Part shown: piece after piece, positions 34,855-46,490 of the stretch | Numbering within the stretch: position 1 is the stretch's first letter | How the letters are laid out: the number at the start of each line of letters is the position of its first letter | Origin: Thermoanaerobaculia bacterium | GTDB taxonomy: Bacteria; Acidobacteriota; Thermoanaerobaculia; UBA5066; Gp7-AA6 | Direction: 5' to 3' | NCBI GenBank assembly: GCA_036558325.1 | Contig: DATBFU010000085.1 | Location: 4,763-68,762 of the forward strand | DNA length: 64,000 nt | Made by a program: the position numbers and the translations under genes | Notes under the pieces: generated by a model | Database searches by the model: none | Seen by the model: only the letters and a program-made list of their open reading frames with translations | What the model was told of the DNA's origin: nothing

Positions 34855-34911
34855 GAGGAACGGTCAATTATATGAGCCGGAATCCCGGCCCGGCCGGCGG
34901 GAAGGACCCGT

Positions 34912-35733
34912 TCAGAGGGTCGCGAGCAGAATCGCGAGAACCGGTCCGGCGAAGAGGAGCGAGTCGATCCGGTCGTAGAACCCGCCGTGCCCCGGCAGAA
35001 AGACGCCCGAGTCCTTCACGCCGGCGCCGCGCTTCCAGAGCGACTCGACGAGGTCGCCGATCTGCCCCGCGCTCGACGCGAGCGCCCCGGCGAGCGCCCC
35101 GCGCGCCGGGCCGAGCTCGGGCAGAATCTTCCAGGCGCCCGCGGCGGCGCCGACGAGCGTCGCGCCGACGAGACCGGCGACTGCTCCCTCCCAGGTCTTC
35201 TTCGGCGAGACCACCGGGGCGAGCGGATGCCGCCCGAGGGCGCGCCCGCCGTAATAGGCGAAGGAGTCGCAGCCCCACACGATCAGGAAGAGAAAGAGGA
35301 CCGCTCGCGGCGAGAAGTTCCGCAGCGCGCACAGGGCGGTCGCGGGCAGCGCCACGGCAAACACGCCGTAGAAGGTCGCGGACGCGCTCCCGAGCGCCGC
35401 CGCGGGATCGACGCCGGAGAAGAGCGGCGCGATCGAGGCGAGCGCGCCGACCGCGAGCGTCAGGAGGGCCGCGACGGTGAGGCCGCGGCGGTCCGTCATT
35501 CCCGCGACGCCCCAGAAGGCGGACCACCCGAGCAGAATCGCCGCGGCGCCTCCGACGGCGACGGTCTTCGAGACCGGGTGTCCCATGCGCTCGGCGAGCC
35601 GCAGGAACTCGTACAGCGCCGCGAGCGTCACCGCGGCGACGAGGAGGTCGAAAGCGATCGCCGGCGCGAGAAAGAGAACTCCGAGAACGAGCGGAATCGC
35701 GATCCCCGCGGCGAGCTCCCGCTGCAGCGCCAA
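34912..35733 (-). CDS. cdsA: Phosphatidate cytidylyltransferase
   Basis: This is a 273-aa polytopic membrane protein with the C-terminal signature SLWKRGAGVKDSGVFLPGHGGFYDRIDS. Confidence 0.85.
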   Translation of the reverse strand: MALQRELAAGIAIPLVLGVLFLAPAIAFDLLVAAVTLAALYEFLRLAERMGHPVSKTVAVGGAAAILLGWSAFWGVAGMTDRRGLTVAALLTLAVGALASIAPLFSGVDPAAALGSASATFYGVFAVALPATALCALRNFSPRAVLFLFLIVWGCDSFAYYGGRALGRHPLAPVVSPKKTWEGAVAGLVGATLVGAAAGAWKILPELGPARGALAGALASSAGQIGDLVESLWKRGAGVKDSGVFLPGHGGFYDRIDSLLFAGPVLAILLATL

Positions 35734-35758
35734 CGCGACGATTCTCCCGGCGCCGCGC

Positions 35759-36586
35759 CTAGCGCCCGGCGCTCTCCGCCCGATCCGCCTCGCCGTCCTC
35801 GCTCGCGCGCCCTTCCGCGATCACGCCGCCGTAGCGCCGCTCCCGCTTCTGGAAGGCGAGGATCGCCTCGAAGAGGTGCCGCTTGCGGAAGTCGGGCCAG
35901 TACGTCGGCGTGACCCAGATCTCGCTGTAAGCGATCTGCCAGAGGAGAAAGTTCGACACGCGCATCTCGCCGCTCGTGCGGATCAGGAGGTCCGGGTCCG
36001 GAAGGCCCGCCGTGCCGAGGCGCGAGCCGAGCGTCTCCTCGTCGATCTGCTCGGGAGTCAGCCGCCCGGCCGCGACGTCGTTCGCGAGCGAGCGGCACGC
36101 GTCCACGATCTCGGTGCGGCCGCCGTAGTTCAAAGCGATGTGGAACGTCATGCCGCGGCACGAGGACGTCGCGGCGAGCCCCTTCGACAGCTCCTTCTGC
36201 ACCGACGCGTCGAGCTCGTTCATCCGCCCGACCACGCGGAAGCGGATGTCGTTCTTGAGCAGGTTCGAGAGCTCGCGATTCAGGTACTCCTTCAGGAGCG
36301 ACATCAGCGTGACGATCTCGAAGCGGGGCCGCTTCCAGTTCTCGACGGAGAACGCGTAGAGCGTCAGCGCCTCGAGCTCCAGGCGCGCGCACGTCTCGAC
36401 GGTCTCGCGGACCGAGGCGATCCCCGCGCGATGCCCCTCGACGCGCGGCGACCCGCGCTGCTTGGCCCAGCGGCCGTTGCCGTCCATGATGATGGCGACG
36501 TGCCGGGGCAGACGCGTCAGGTCGATCTCGTCGAGGAGAGCGCGCTCGGGCGTGCCCGCCGGCGCCAGGCGCTCCTTGTCGATCAC
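35759..36586 (-). CDS. uppS: Isoprenyl transferase (undecaprenyl-diphosphate synthase type)
   Basis: Family blocks are present: HVAIIMDGNGRWA, LTLYAFSVENWKRP and IRTSGEMRVSNFLLWQIAYSE. Confidence 0.95.
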   Translation of the reverse strand: MIDKERLAPAGTPERALLDEIDLTRLPRHVAIIMDGNGRWAKQRGSPRVEGHRAGIASVRETVETCARLELEALTLYAFSVENWKRPRFEIVTLMSLLKEYLNRELSNLLKNDIRFRVVGRMNELDASVQKELSKGLAATSSCRGMTFHIALNYGGRTEIVDACRSLANDVAAGRLTPEQIDEETLGSRLGTAGLPDPDLLIRTSGEMRVSNFLLWQIAYSEIWVTPTYWPDFRKRHLFEAILAFQKRERRYGGVIAEGRASEDGEADRAESAGR

Positions 36587-36621
36587 GCGATCAGTTTAAC
36601 CCGCCGCGGCGGCCACTCCCG

Positions 36622-38796
36622 TCAGTGGAGGTAGCCCAGGGCGCGCAGCTTCCGGCGCTGCTCCTCCTCCTCGGCCGACGACCGGACCCGGGCGCCTCCC
36701 TCGGCGCGCCAGAGAAAGAGGCCGGCGCAGCCGGACGGCGTCTGGAATCGCGGAATCTTCGTCGGGATGGCCGCGATCGGAAGCGTCTCGCTCCCGCCGG
36801 CCGAGATCGTCCGGGACCGCGCGCCGTTCAACACCACCGCCGCGCAGCCGCCGGGCGCGGAATCCACCTGGAGACGGATCGAGGCTTCGCCCGCGCCGGC
36901 GCCCAAGTCCGCCAGCAGGACTCCGTCGACGCCGTCGGAAGGATCGAGGCGCGCCGTGAGCTCGGCCGAAGACACCGTCCGGCTCCAGGAGAGGCGGTCC
37001 TCCTCCTCGAGCGCGAACGGCTCGGCCAGGGCCGTGCGCGGCAAACCGCCGATCCGGACCGCGACCGGTCCCGATCCGGTGAAGCGCACCTCGAGTCCCC
37101 GCCGCGTGTGGGCCATCGCGCCCTCGATCGCGCGCCAGTCGTCGGGAAAAGTCGAAACGTCGACCGGCAAGGGCTTGGTCTCCCGCGGATCCGCCGTCAG
37201 GTCGAAACGCACGAGGGCCGGCAGGATCTGCGGCAGGCGCTTCGCGAGGCGGAAGCCCTGCGGGTCCGCGGCCGGATCGGGAACGCCGCGCGTCCCGAGA
37301 CGGTCGAAGAAGAGCAGCGCGCTCGCCGGGCGCAGGACGGCCGCGCGGGGCGCGCCGCCGGTGAGCATCGTGACGACGGGAAGCGGAAGCGCCGCGCGGT
37401 TCGCGGCTGCGGGGTCGAGGAGGTTGACGCCTTCGCCGGCGTCTTTCGGCCGCGCGAGTCCGAGGAGCGCCGCGAGCGTCGGCCGCACGTCGAGGAGGGA
37501 AACGAACGCCGCCTTCGGAATCGCGGGGAGCGCCCGCCCCGTTCCCGCGCGGATCGCGAGCGGCACGCGCAGCGTCTCCTCGAAGAGCGCCGGCCCGTGC
37601 TTCCAGCCGCCGTGCTCTCCGAACTCCTCGCCGTGGTCGGACGTGAAAACGATCGTCCACCGCTCTTTCTCAACCGCGGGCTGCGCGTCCCAGAGCTTCG
37701 CTATCTCCGCATCCGCGAGCCGCACTTCGTCGTGGTAGAGCGCGACGAGATGCCGCACGTCAGCGCGCGAGGGCGGCGGCGGATCGCCGAGCTGGAGGCG
37801 GTTCACCTCGTCCCCGACGATCGGCCCGGTGTAATCCGGATCGAACGGCGTCTTCCCGCGCGGCCGGTCGTACGGCGTGTAGGGATCGTGGGGATCCATG
37901 AGGTGAATCCAGGCGAAGAACGGCTCGCCCCGGTGCGCGGCAAGCCAGGCGGGAACGCGCCGCATGGTTTCCCTTCCCGGGAGCGTGATCGACGCGCCCT
38001 CGTGCGGCGTCGTGAAGAAGACGTCGAAACCGGACGCGAAGCCGTTCTCGCGGCGCAGCGTCGGGTTCGCGACGAAGGCCGCCGTGGACCAGCCGGCGCG
38101 GCGGAAGTCGTCGGCCAGCGTCGGCATGTTGGCGACGATGCCGAGCGGCGATCCGTCGGCGTCCTCCTGGACCGCCGGAACGCGCCCGGTCAGGAGCGAC
38201 GCCATCGACGGGATCGTCCAGGACGCCGCAGCGTAGGCGCGCGGCGCCTTCCAGGCGCGGGCCAGGATCGCGTCGAGATGCGGCGTCGAGGGATCGATGC
38301 ATCCGCCGAAGCCGACCGCGTCGTGCCGCGTCGTGTCGAAGACGATGAGAACGGCCGCGGGCGCGCCGGGGTCGGGTCGAACCACGCGCACGTCGGAGAG
38401 AAAGAGCGCTCCCGCCGGCTCCACGTGAATCCTGAGGCGGGCGGGGCGCCGGGTCGAGAAGGGAACGTCTTCGCTCCACAGGATCGGAGAATGCGCCGAG
38501 TCGCCGGCCTTTCGGACGATCCGCGATTGGTCCATGACGAGCGCCACGTCGCCGCGGGCTCCGGGAGACGTCCAATCGAAGCGCAGGCGATCTCCGGCGC
38601 CCGCGGGCAGGTCCCACGCGAAGACTCCTCCCGCGGGCACGAGGTAACCGGAATGGGAAATTCCTTCGGCGTCCACGACGATCCCGGCCGGCGCCGCGGC
38701 CGCCGGCGGCCGCAGCGGCGTCGCGGCGCGCCGCGTCGGACGGCGGCAGCCGGCGAGCAGGGTGAGCGCGAAGAGGACCGGAAGGAACCGTCTCAA
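36622..38796 (-). CDS. Sulfatase-like (alkaline-phosphatase superfamily) hydrolase/transferase lipoprotein
   Basis: This is the C-terminal 724 codons of the 1080-aa track ORF. The TTG start at 38796 overlaps the truA stop as TTGA. It has a lipobox (LTLLAGC). Superfamily motifs are present: LIVFDTTRHD, SWTIPSMASLLTGR and FTSDHGEEFGEHG. A long C-terminal extension has no assignable function. Confidence 0.75.
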   Translation of the reverse strand: MRRFLPVLFALTLLAGCRRPTRRAATPLRPPAAAAPAGIVVDAEGISHSGYLVPAGGVFAWDLPAGAGDRLRFDWTSPGARGDVALVMDQSRIVRKAGDSAHSPILWSEDVPFSTRRPARLRIHVEPAGALFLSDVRVVRPDPGAPAAVLIVFDTTRHDAVGFGGCIDPSTPHLDAILARAWKAPRAYAAASWTIPSMASLLTGRVPAVQEDADGSPLGIVANMPTLADDFRRAGWSTAAFVANPTLRRENGFASGFDVFFTTPHEGASITLPGRETMRRVPAWLAAHRGEPFFAWIHLMDPHDPYTPYDRPRGKTPFDPDYTGPIVGDEVNRLQLGDPPPPSRADVRHLVALYHDEVRLADAEIAKLWDAQPAVEKERWTIVFTSDHGEEFGEHGGWKHGPALFEETLRVPLAIRAGTGRALPAIPKAAFVSLLDVRPTLAALLGLARPKDAGEGVNLLDPAAANRAALPLPVVTMLTGGAPRAAVLRPASALLFFDRLGTRGVPDPAADPQGFRLAKRLPQILPALVRFDLTADPRETKPLPVDVSTFPDDWRAIEGAMAHTRRGLEVRFTGSGPVAVRIGGLPRTALAEPFALEEEDRLSWSRTVSSAELTARLDPSDGVDGVLLADLGAGAGEASIRLQVDSAPGGCAAVVLNGARSRTISAGGSETLPIAAIPTKIPRFQTPSGCAGLFLWRAEGGARVRSSAEEEEQRRKLRALGYLH

Positions 38797-39557
38797 CGGC
38801 CGCCGCCTCCGTCGTAGCTCACGCGCACGAGCGTGAGACCGCGCGCCGGAGCCTTCGGCGCGAGGCCGCGGCGGTCGCCCGTCCGCAGAAGCTCGCCGAC
38901 GCGGTCCGTCGGCGCCTTCCCGCGCCCCACGTCCGCGAGCAGCCCGCAGATCGAGCGCGCCATGCCCCTCAGGAACGCGTCTCCGCGCAGGAGCGCGCGG
39001 ATCTCGTCGCCCTCCTCCTCGACGCGCACGAAGTGCAGCTCCCGAATCGTCGACTCGCCCCGCGGCAGACGCACGCCGAAGACGCCGAAGTCGCGGCGGC
39101 CCGGCAAATCCTTCGCCGCCGCGCGCATGCGGTCGATCTCGGCGCGCGGAGAGAGCGGCGCGACGAACGGCGCGTGGCGAGGCGCGACGACCGGCGCGCG
39201 GCTCCAGCGGTAGAGGTACTCCTTCCAGACGGCGTCGCGCCGCGCGTGGAAGCCGGACGGCGCGGGCTCGACGGCGAGGAGGCGAGCGTCCTCCGGCAGG
39301 AGCGCGTTGACGGCGTCGCGGATTCTCTCCGGCGCGCGTTCCCGCGTCAGATCGAAGTGCACCACCTGACCGTCGGCGTGGACGCCGGCGTCGGTGCGTC
39401 CGGCCGCGAGCGCTCGTACCGGAGCGGCGTCGAAAGAGGACAGCGCCTTCTCGAGGACCGCCTGCACGGTACGCGGTGCGTTCGTCTGGCGCTGCCAGCC
39501 GTGAAAGCGCGTTCCGACGTACGCGAGGATCGCGCGGTGGCGCGAGGGCGAGCTCAT
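38793..39557 (-). CDS. truA: tRNA pseudouridine(38-40) synthase
   Basis: The start is reset to the ATG at 39557 (ATGA overlap with the upstream stop). Family blocks are present: AYVGTRFHGWQRQ and the catalytic Asp context AAGRTDAGVHA. Confidence 0.9.
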   Translation of the reverse strand: MSSPSRHRAILAYVGTRFHGWQRQTNAPRTVQAVLEKALSSFDAAPVRALAAGRTDAGVHADGQVVHFDLTRERAPERIRDAVNALLPEDARLLAVEPAPSGFHARRDAVWKEYLYRWSRAPVVAPRHAPFVAPLSPRAEIDRMRAAAKDLPGRRDFGVFGVRLPRGESTIRELHFVRVEEEGDEIRALLRGDAFLRGMARSICGLLADVGRGKAPTDRVGELLRTGDRRGLAPKAPARGLTLVRVSYDGGGGR

Positions 39558-40891
39558 GCGGCCGCGGTCCGGCAAAGCGTGAAGGCGAGCAGAATCCCGA
39601 ACGGAACGTACTCGGCGGCGAGGAGCGCCCCGGGCGCGACGCCCGGAATCGGATACAGGATCCCGTAGGCGAGCGGAACGGCGAACGACAGATACAGGAA
39701 AGCCGGCTCGCGCTTCCAGGCCGCGAAGGGAAGGACCCAGAGCAGATACCAGGGATGGAGCGTCGGCGAGAACAGCAGCAACGCCGCGAGCGAAGCGAAG
39801 ACCGCCATCCGGGCGTCCGCGACGCGCGCGGCGATCCCGACGAGGAGTGCCGCGAGGAGAACACCGAGGAGCGCCCGCGCGAAGAATCCGTCGTAGAAGT
39901 ACGGGAAGATGCGCGCGGTCCACGCGGGATGGCCGTGGCGCGCCTTCCATTCGAGGAACTCCGCCTTGGCGCGGGCCGGCAGGTCCGTCGCGCGCACGAG
40001 CGACAGCGCGCCGCGATAGAGCACGGAATTGAACTCCCAGCGCGTCGCGTAGGCGCCCAACGATCCCGCCGGCGATACGCCGCCGCGGCTCCACGCCGCC
40101 CAGACCGCCGTCGCGGCGAAGGCGGCCGCCACCGCCCAGCGCGCGCCGCCGCGACGCAGGACGGGCAGAATCGCGCCGGCCGGGACGTACTTGGTGAGGA
40201 CCGACAGCGCGAACGCGAGACCCGAGAGGACCGCCCGACGCCCCGCGAGGAGAACCAGGGAGGTCAGGAGCAGCGCGACGCCGAGCGAGTCGAGATGGCC
40301 CTGTCCCGCGGTCTCGAGCACCGGCAGCGGATGAAACGCGTACAGCGCCGCGCCGAATCCCGCGCCGAGGCGCGCGAGGAGCCACACGATCGCGACGTCG
40401 GCGGCCGCGAAGAGCGCCTTCAGCGCGATCGGATGACGCCCGCCGCCGCTGCCCACGAGGAAAGCCGTCTGCGCGACCGGCGGATAGATCGTCGGAAGAT
40501 CCCGGTGCGGCAGGCGGGCGCTCGCTTCCGGCGCGAGCCGCGCGACGGCCGGATCCTCCGGCGCGTGCGCGAAGGGCGAGATCCCGGCGGCGCAGACGCG
40601 CGCGTCCCAGAGATAGCGCTGCTGGTCGTCCGAGAGATCCGGAGGACGCGTCAGGAGCGTCGCGCGGAAGACGACCGCGGCGAGGATCAGAAAGGCCGGA
40701 CGCGAACCGGATAAGATCGTCGCCGCGAGGAGCGAGACGATTCCCGCGGCGGCGGCGAGCGCGAGGTAGGCCGGAAGCTTCGCGCGCGCGTCGGGCAGCG
40801 CGGCGAGCCCGAGATACGCAGCTTCCGCCGCGGCAACGAGAATCCAGGGCGTCGCGCCGCGCGCGGAGAATGCACGGGGATGACGAGCCAC
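39554..40891 (-). CDS. Polytopic membrane protein, GT-C-like glycosyltransferase candidate (DUF2029/GT87-like)
   Basis: This is the C-terminal 445 codons of the 1017-aa track ORF. It has about 10 hydrophobic segments. An acidic first-loop motif (PPDLSDDQQRYLWD) is typical of GT-C enzymes. The only canonical in-frame start near the first helix is the GTG at 40891, so it overlaps the divergent GT2 start by 12 nt. Confidence 0.6.
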   Translation of the reverse strand: MARHPRAFSARGATPWILVAAAEAAYLGLAALPDARAKLPAYLALAAAAGIVSLLAATILSGSRPAFLILAAVVFRATLLTRPPDLSDDQQRYLWDARVCAAGISPFAHAPEDPAVARLAPEASARLPHRDLPTIYPPVAQTAFLVGSGGGRHPIALKALFAAADVAIVWLLARLGAGFGAALYAFHPLPVLETAGQGHLDSLGVALLLTSLVLLAGRRAVLSGLAFALSVLTKYVPAGAILPVLRRGGARWAVAAAFAATAVWAAWSRGGVSPAGSLGAYATRWEFNSVLYRGALSLVRATDLPARAKAEFLEWKARHGHPAWTARIFPYFYDGFFARALLGVLLAALLVGIAARVADARMAVFASLAALLLFSPTLHPWYLLWVLPFAAWKREPAFLYLSFAVPLAYGILYPIPGVAPGALLAAEYVPFGILLAFTLCRTAAA

Positions 40892-42361
40892 TTCGGGGAG
40901 ATCGCGACGCTCGCCCTCTACTACGGCATCCTCGGGCTTCTCGCCGCCTACGGCGCGCATCGCGTGCTGATCGTCTCCCTCTACTACCGCCATCGATCGG
41001 CCGCGCCGCGCCGCGGGGACGCGCTCGATCCGCCGCCCCGCGTCACCGTCCAGCTTCCGATCTTCAACGAAGTCTACGTCGTGGAACGCCTGATCGCCGC
41101 CGCGGCGGCCCTCGACTACCCGAAGGACCGGCTCGAGATCCAGATCCTCGACGACTCGACCGACGACACGCGCGACATCGCCCGGGAGACCGCGCGCCGG
41201 CTGGCCGCGCGGGGGCACGACGTCGCCCACCTTTCCCGCGCCCGACGCGACGGCTTCAAGGCCGGCGCGCTGCAGGCCGGGCTCGAGCACGCGCGCGGCG
41301 AATACCTCGCGATCTTCGACGCCGACTTCGTGCCGGCTCCGGATTTCCTCCGGCGCGCGCTGCCGCACTTCGCCGATCCCGGAGTCGGCCTCGTCCAGGC
41401 GCGCTGGGATCACCTGAACCGCGACTTTTCTCTCCTGACCCGCATTCAGTCGATACTGCTCGACGGCCACTTCGTGATCGAGCACACGGCACGTCATCGC
41501 TCGGGCCGTTTCTTCAACTTCAACGGCACGGCGGGCATCTGGCGGCGACGCTGCATCGAGGAGGCGGGCGGCTGGCAGTCCGACACGTTGACCGAGGACC
41601 TCGACGTCTCCTATCGCGCGCAGCTCGCCGGCTGGCGCTTCGTCTATCTGCCGGATCTCGCCGTGCCCGCGGAGCTTCCGGTCGACGTGAACGGTTTCAA
41701 GACGCAGCAGCACCGGTGGGCCAAGGGATCGATCCAGACGGGACGCAAGCTCCTTCCCGAGATCCTGCGGAGCGCCCATCCCTGGAAGGTCAAGGCCGAG
41801 GCCCTGGTCCACCTGACCGGCAACTTCTCGCACGTGCTCGTCGTGCTGCTCGCGTTGCTGCTCGTGCCGGCGATCCTCATCCGCGAGCGGATCGGCTGGC
41901 AGCGTCTCATCGCGCTCGACTTCCCGCTGTTCTTCGGCGCGACCTTTTCCTTCGCGGCGTTCTACGTCGCGTCGCAGCGCGAGATCGGCCGCGGCTGGAC
42001 GCGCACGCTCTCCGCGATGCCTTTTCTCATGTCGCTCGGGATCGGCCTGTCGCTCAACAACGCCCGCGCGGTGCTCGAGGGGTTGTTCTCGTCCGCCGGC
42101 GACTTCGCCCGCACGCCCAAGTACCGGATCGAGGGCTCGGCGGGGCATTGGCGCGACAAGAAGTACCGGCCGCGGCGGGACGCGTTCGTGGCGGCCGAGG
42201 CCTTTCTGGCGGCCTGGTTCCTCTTCGCGACGGTCTTCGCGGCCAAGGAGAGGTACTGGACCGCGCTGCCGTTCCTCCTCATCTTCCTGAACGGCTTCGC
42301 CTACGCGGCCGGGCTGTCGCTCTGGTCCCGGTCCCGCGCCGGTCCGGCGCCGGGAAAATAG
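40880..42361 (+). CDS. Family-2 processive glycosyltransferase (cellulose-synthase/CslA-like membrane synthase)
   Basis: The 493-aa protein has an N-terminal TM helix and the D, D, D, QxxRW signature (ILDDSTDDT, IFDADFVP, TEDLD, QQHRWAKGS). C-terminal TM helices are present. Confidence 0.85.
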   Translation: MTSHFGEIATLALYYGILGLLAAYGAHRVLIVSLYYRHRSAAPRRGDALDPPPRVTVQLPIFNEVYVVERLIAAAAALDYPKDRLEIQILDDSTDDTRDIARETARRLAARGHDVAHLSRARRDGFKAGALQAGLEHARGEYLAIFDADFVPAPDFLRRALPHFADPGVGLVQARWDHLNRDFSLLTRIQSILLDGHFVIEHTARHRSGRFFNFNGTAGIWRRRCIEEAGGWQSDTLTEDLDVSYRAQLAGWRFVYLPDLAVPAELPVDVNGFKTQQHRWAKGSIQTGRKLLPEILRSAHPWKVKAEALVHLTGNFSHVLVVLLALLLVPAILIRERIGWQRLIALDFPLFFGATFSFAAFYVASQREIGRGWTRTLSAMPFLMSLGIGLSLNNARAVLEGLFSSAGDFARTPKYRIEGSAGHWRDKKYRPRRDAFVAAEAFLAAWFLFATVFAAKERYWTALPFLLIFLNGFAYAAGLSLWSRSRAGPAPGK

Positions 42362-42371
42362 AATCGGCGGC

Positions 42372-43037
42372 GTGAAAGCCGCCGCGCCCGAGCCCGAGCC
42401 CTTCGTCCGCGTCACCGAGATCTTCCGGTCTCTCCAGGGCGAGTCGACGCGCGCGGGTTTCCCGTGCGCGTTCGTCCGGCTGACGGGCTGCTCCCTGCGA
42501 TGCGTCTGGTGCGACTCGGCGTACGCCTTCCATGGAGGCGCGGAGCTGCCCGTCTCCGAGGCGGCGCGCCGGGTGGCGGCCCTCGAGACGGACCTCGTCG
42601 AGGTCACCGGCGGCGAGCCGCTCGAGCAGGAGGGGGTCTATCCGCTGATGGAGAACCTCCTCGGGCGTGGCAAGACCGTGATGCTCGAGACGGGCGGCCA
42701 TCTGCCGCTCGGCCGCGTCGATCCCCGCGTCGTCAAGATCGTGGACGTCAAGGCGCCCGGCAGCGGCATGCAGTCGGCCAACCTGCCCGAGAACCTCGAG
42801 GCGCTCGGACCGCGCGACGAGCTCAAGTTCGTCCTCGCCGATCGCGCGGACTTCGACTGGTCGCTCGATCTCGTGCGGCGCCGGGACCTCGACCGCCGGC
42901 ACGTGGTGACGTTCTCGCCGGTCTGGGAGACGCTCGCCGCGCGGGATCTCGCCGACTGGATCCGCGACAGCGGCCGGAACGTCCGCCTGGGCCTTCAGCT
43001 CCACAAGCTCCTCTGGGGCGACGTGCCGGGCCGATGA
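42372..43037 (+). CDS. queE: 7-carboxy-7-deazaguanine synthase (radical SAM)
   Basis: Blocks present are [33 protein letters not shown] and EVTGGEPL. The protein is 221 aa with a GTG start. Confidence 0.9.
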   Translation: MKAAAPEPEPFVRVTEIFRSLQGESTRAGFPCAFVRLTGCSLRCVWCDSAYAFHGGAELPVSEAARRVAALETDLVEVTGGEPLEQEGVYPLMENLLGRGKTVMLETGGHLPLGRVDPRVVKIVDVKAPGSGMQSANLPENLEALGPRDELKFVLADRADFDWSLDLVRRRDLDRRHVVTFSPVWETLAARDLADWIRDSGRNVRLGLQLHKLLWGDVPGR

Positions 43038-43720
43038 CGGAGCCGGCGCGCGCCGTCGTCCTCCTCTCGGGCGGCCTCGATTCCGCGACGTGCCTGCTCG
43101 TCGCGCGAGCGGAAGGTCTCGAGGTCCACGCACTCTCCTTCGACTACGGCCAGCGGCACCGCGTCGAGCTCGAGCGCGCCGCGGCGCTCGCGCGGCGCTA
43201 CGGCGCCGCCGGCCACCGGGTTCTGCGCCTCGATCTGCCGGCGCGAGGAGGCTCGGCCCTGACGGACCCGGAGGCGGCGATTCCCAAGAACGCGCTCGGC
43301 CGCGAGCCGATCCCTTCGACTTACGTCCCCGCGCGCAACACGCTCTTTCTCGCGCACGCCCTCGCCTGGGCCGAGCCTCTCGGCGCGCGCGACATCTTTC
43401 TCGGCGCCAATGCCCTCGACTACTCGGGGTACCCGGACTGCCGGCCGGAATTCCTCGAGTCGTTCGAGAAGACGGCCAATCTCGCCACGAAGGCGGGCGT
43501 CGAAGGGACGTCGGTCTTTCGGATTCGGGCTCCCCTCCTGCGCCTGACGAAGAAGGAGATCGTGCTCCTGGCGAAGAAGCTCGGCCTCGACTTCTCGTTG
43601 ACCGTCTCCTGCTATGACCCGGGAAGCGACGGAAGGCCCTGCGGAGCATGCGACTCCTGCCTCCTCCGAGCCCGCGGGTTCCGCGAGGCCGGCCTGACCG
43701 ACGTGACAAATCTTCCATAA
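43034..43720 (+). CDS. queC: 7-cyano-7-deazaguanine synthase
   Basis: The ATG at 43034 overlaps the queE stop as ATGA. The PP-loop SGGLDS is present, along with the C-terminal Zn cysteines [11 protein letters not shown]. Confidence 0.95.
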   Translation: MTEPARAVVLLSGGLDSATCLLVARAEGLEVHALSFDYGQRHRVELERAAALARRYGAAGHRVLRLDLPARGGSALTDPEAAIPKNALGREPIPSTYVPARNTLFLAHALAWAEPLGARDIFLGANALDYSGYPDCRPEFLESFEKTANLATKAGVEGTSVFRIRAPLLRLTKKEIVLLAKKLGLDFSLTVSCYDPGSDGRPCGACDSCLLRARGFREAGLTDVTNLP

Positions 43721-43748
43721 GTACGCTCAAATTCATGACTTGTTTAAC

Positions 43749-43777
43749 TTGACAGAAACACACTAAGCTGTTATGTT
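43749..43777 (+). promoter_or_regulatory. Candidate sigma70-type promoter of clpB (TTGACA-N17-TATGTT)
   Basis: TTGACA is at 43749-43754, followed by a 17-nt spacer and TATGTT at 43772-43777. It lies in a conspicuously AT-rich 110-nt spacer, about 55 nt upstream of the clpB ATG. Confidence 0.5.
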
Positions 43778-43832
43778 TCCGCTCCCCGGGTGAAGGCGCG
43801 GACATGTGTCTGCCCGCCGGGAGAGGCAGGAA

Positions 43833-46439
<2,607 letters not shown>

Positions 46440-46454
46440 TGACGTTCAACCGAT

Positions 46455-46477
46455 CCGAACCCCCGGTTCGGCTTTTC
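46455..46477 (+). terminator. Stem-loop plus short T-run after clpB (weak intrinsic terminator or part of the hsp20 leader)
   Basis: CCGAACC-CCC-GGTTCGG forms a 7-bp stem followed by CTTTTC, 16 nt after the clpB stop. Confidence 0.4.
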
Positions 46478-46490
46478 ATGGAGGTGTCTC

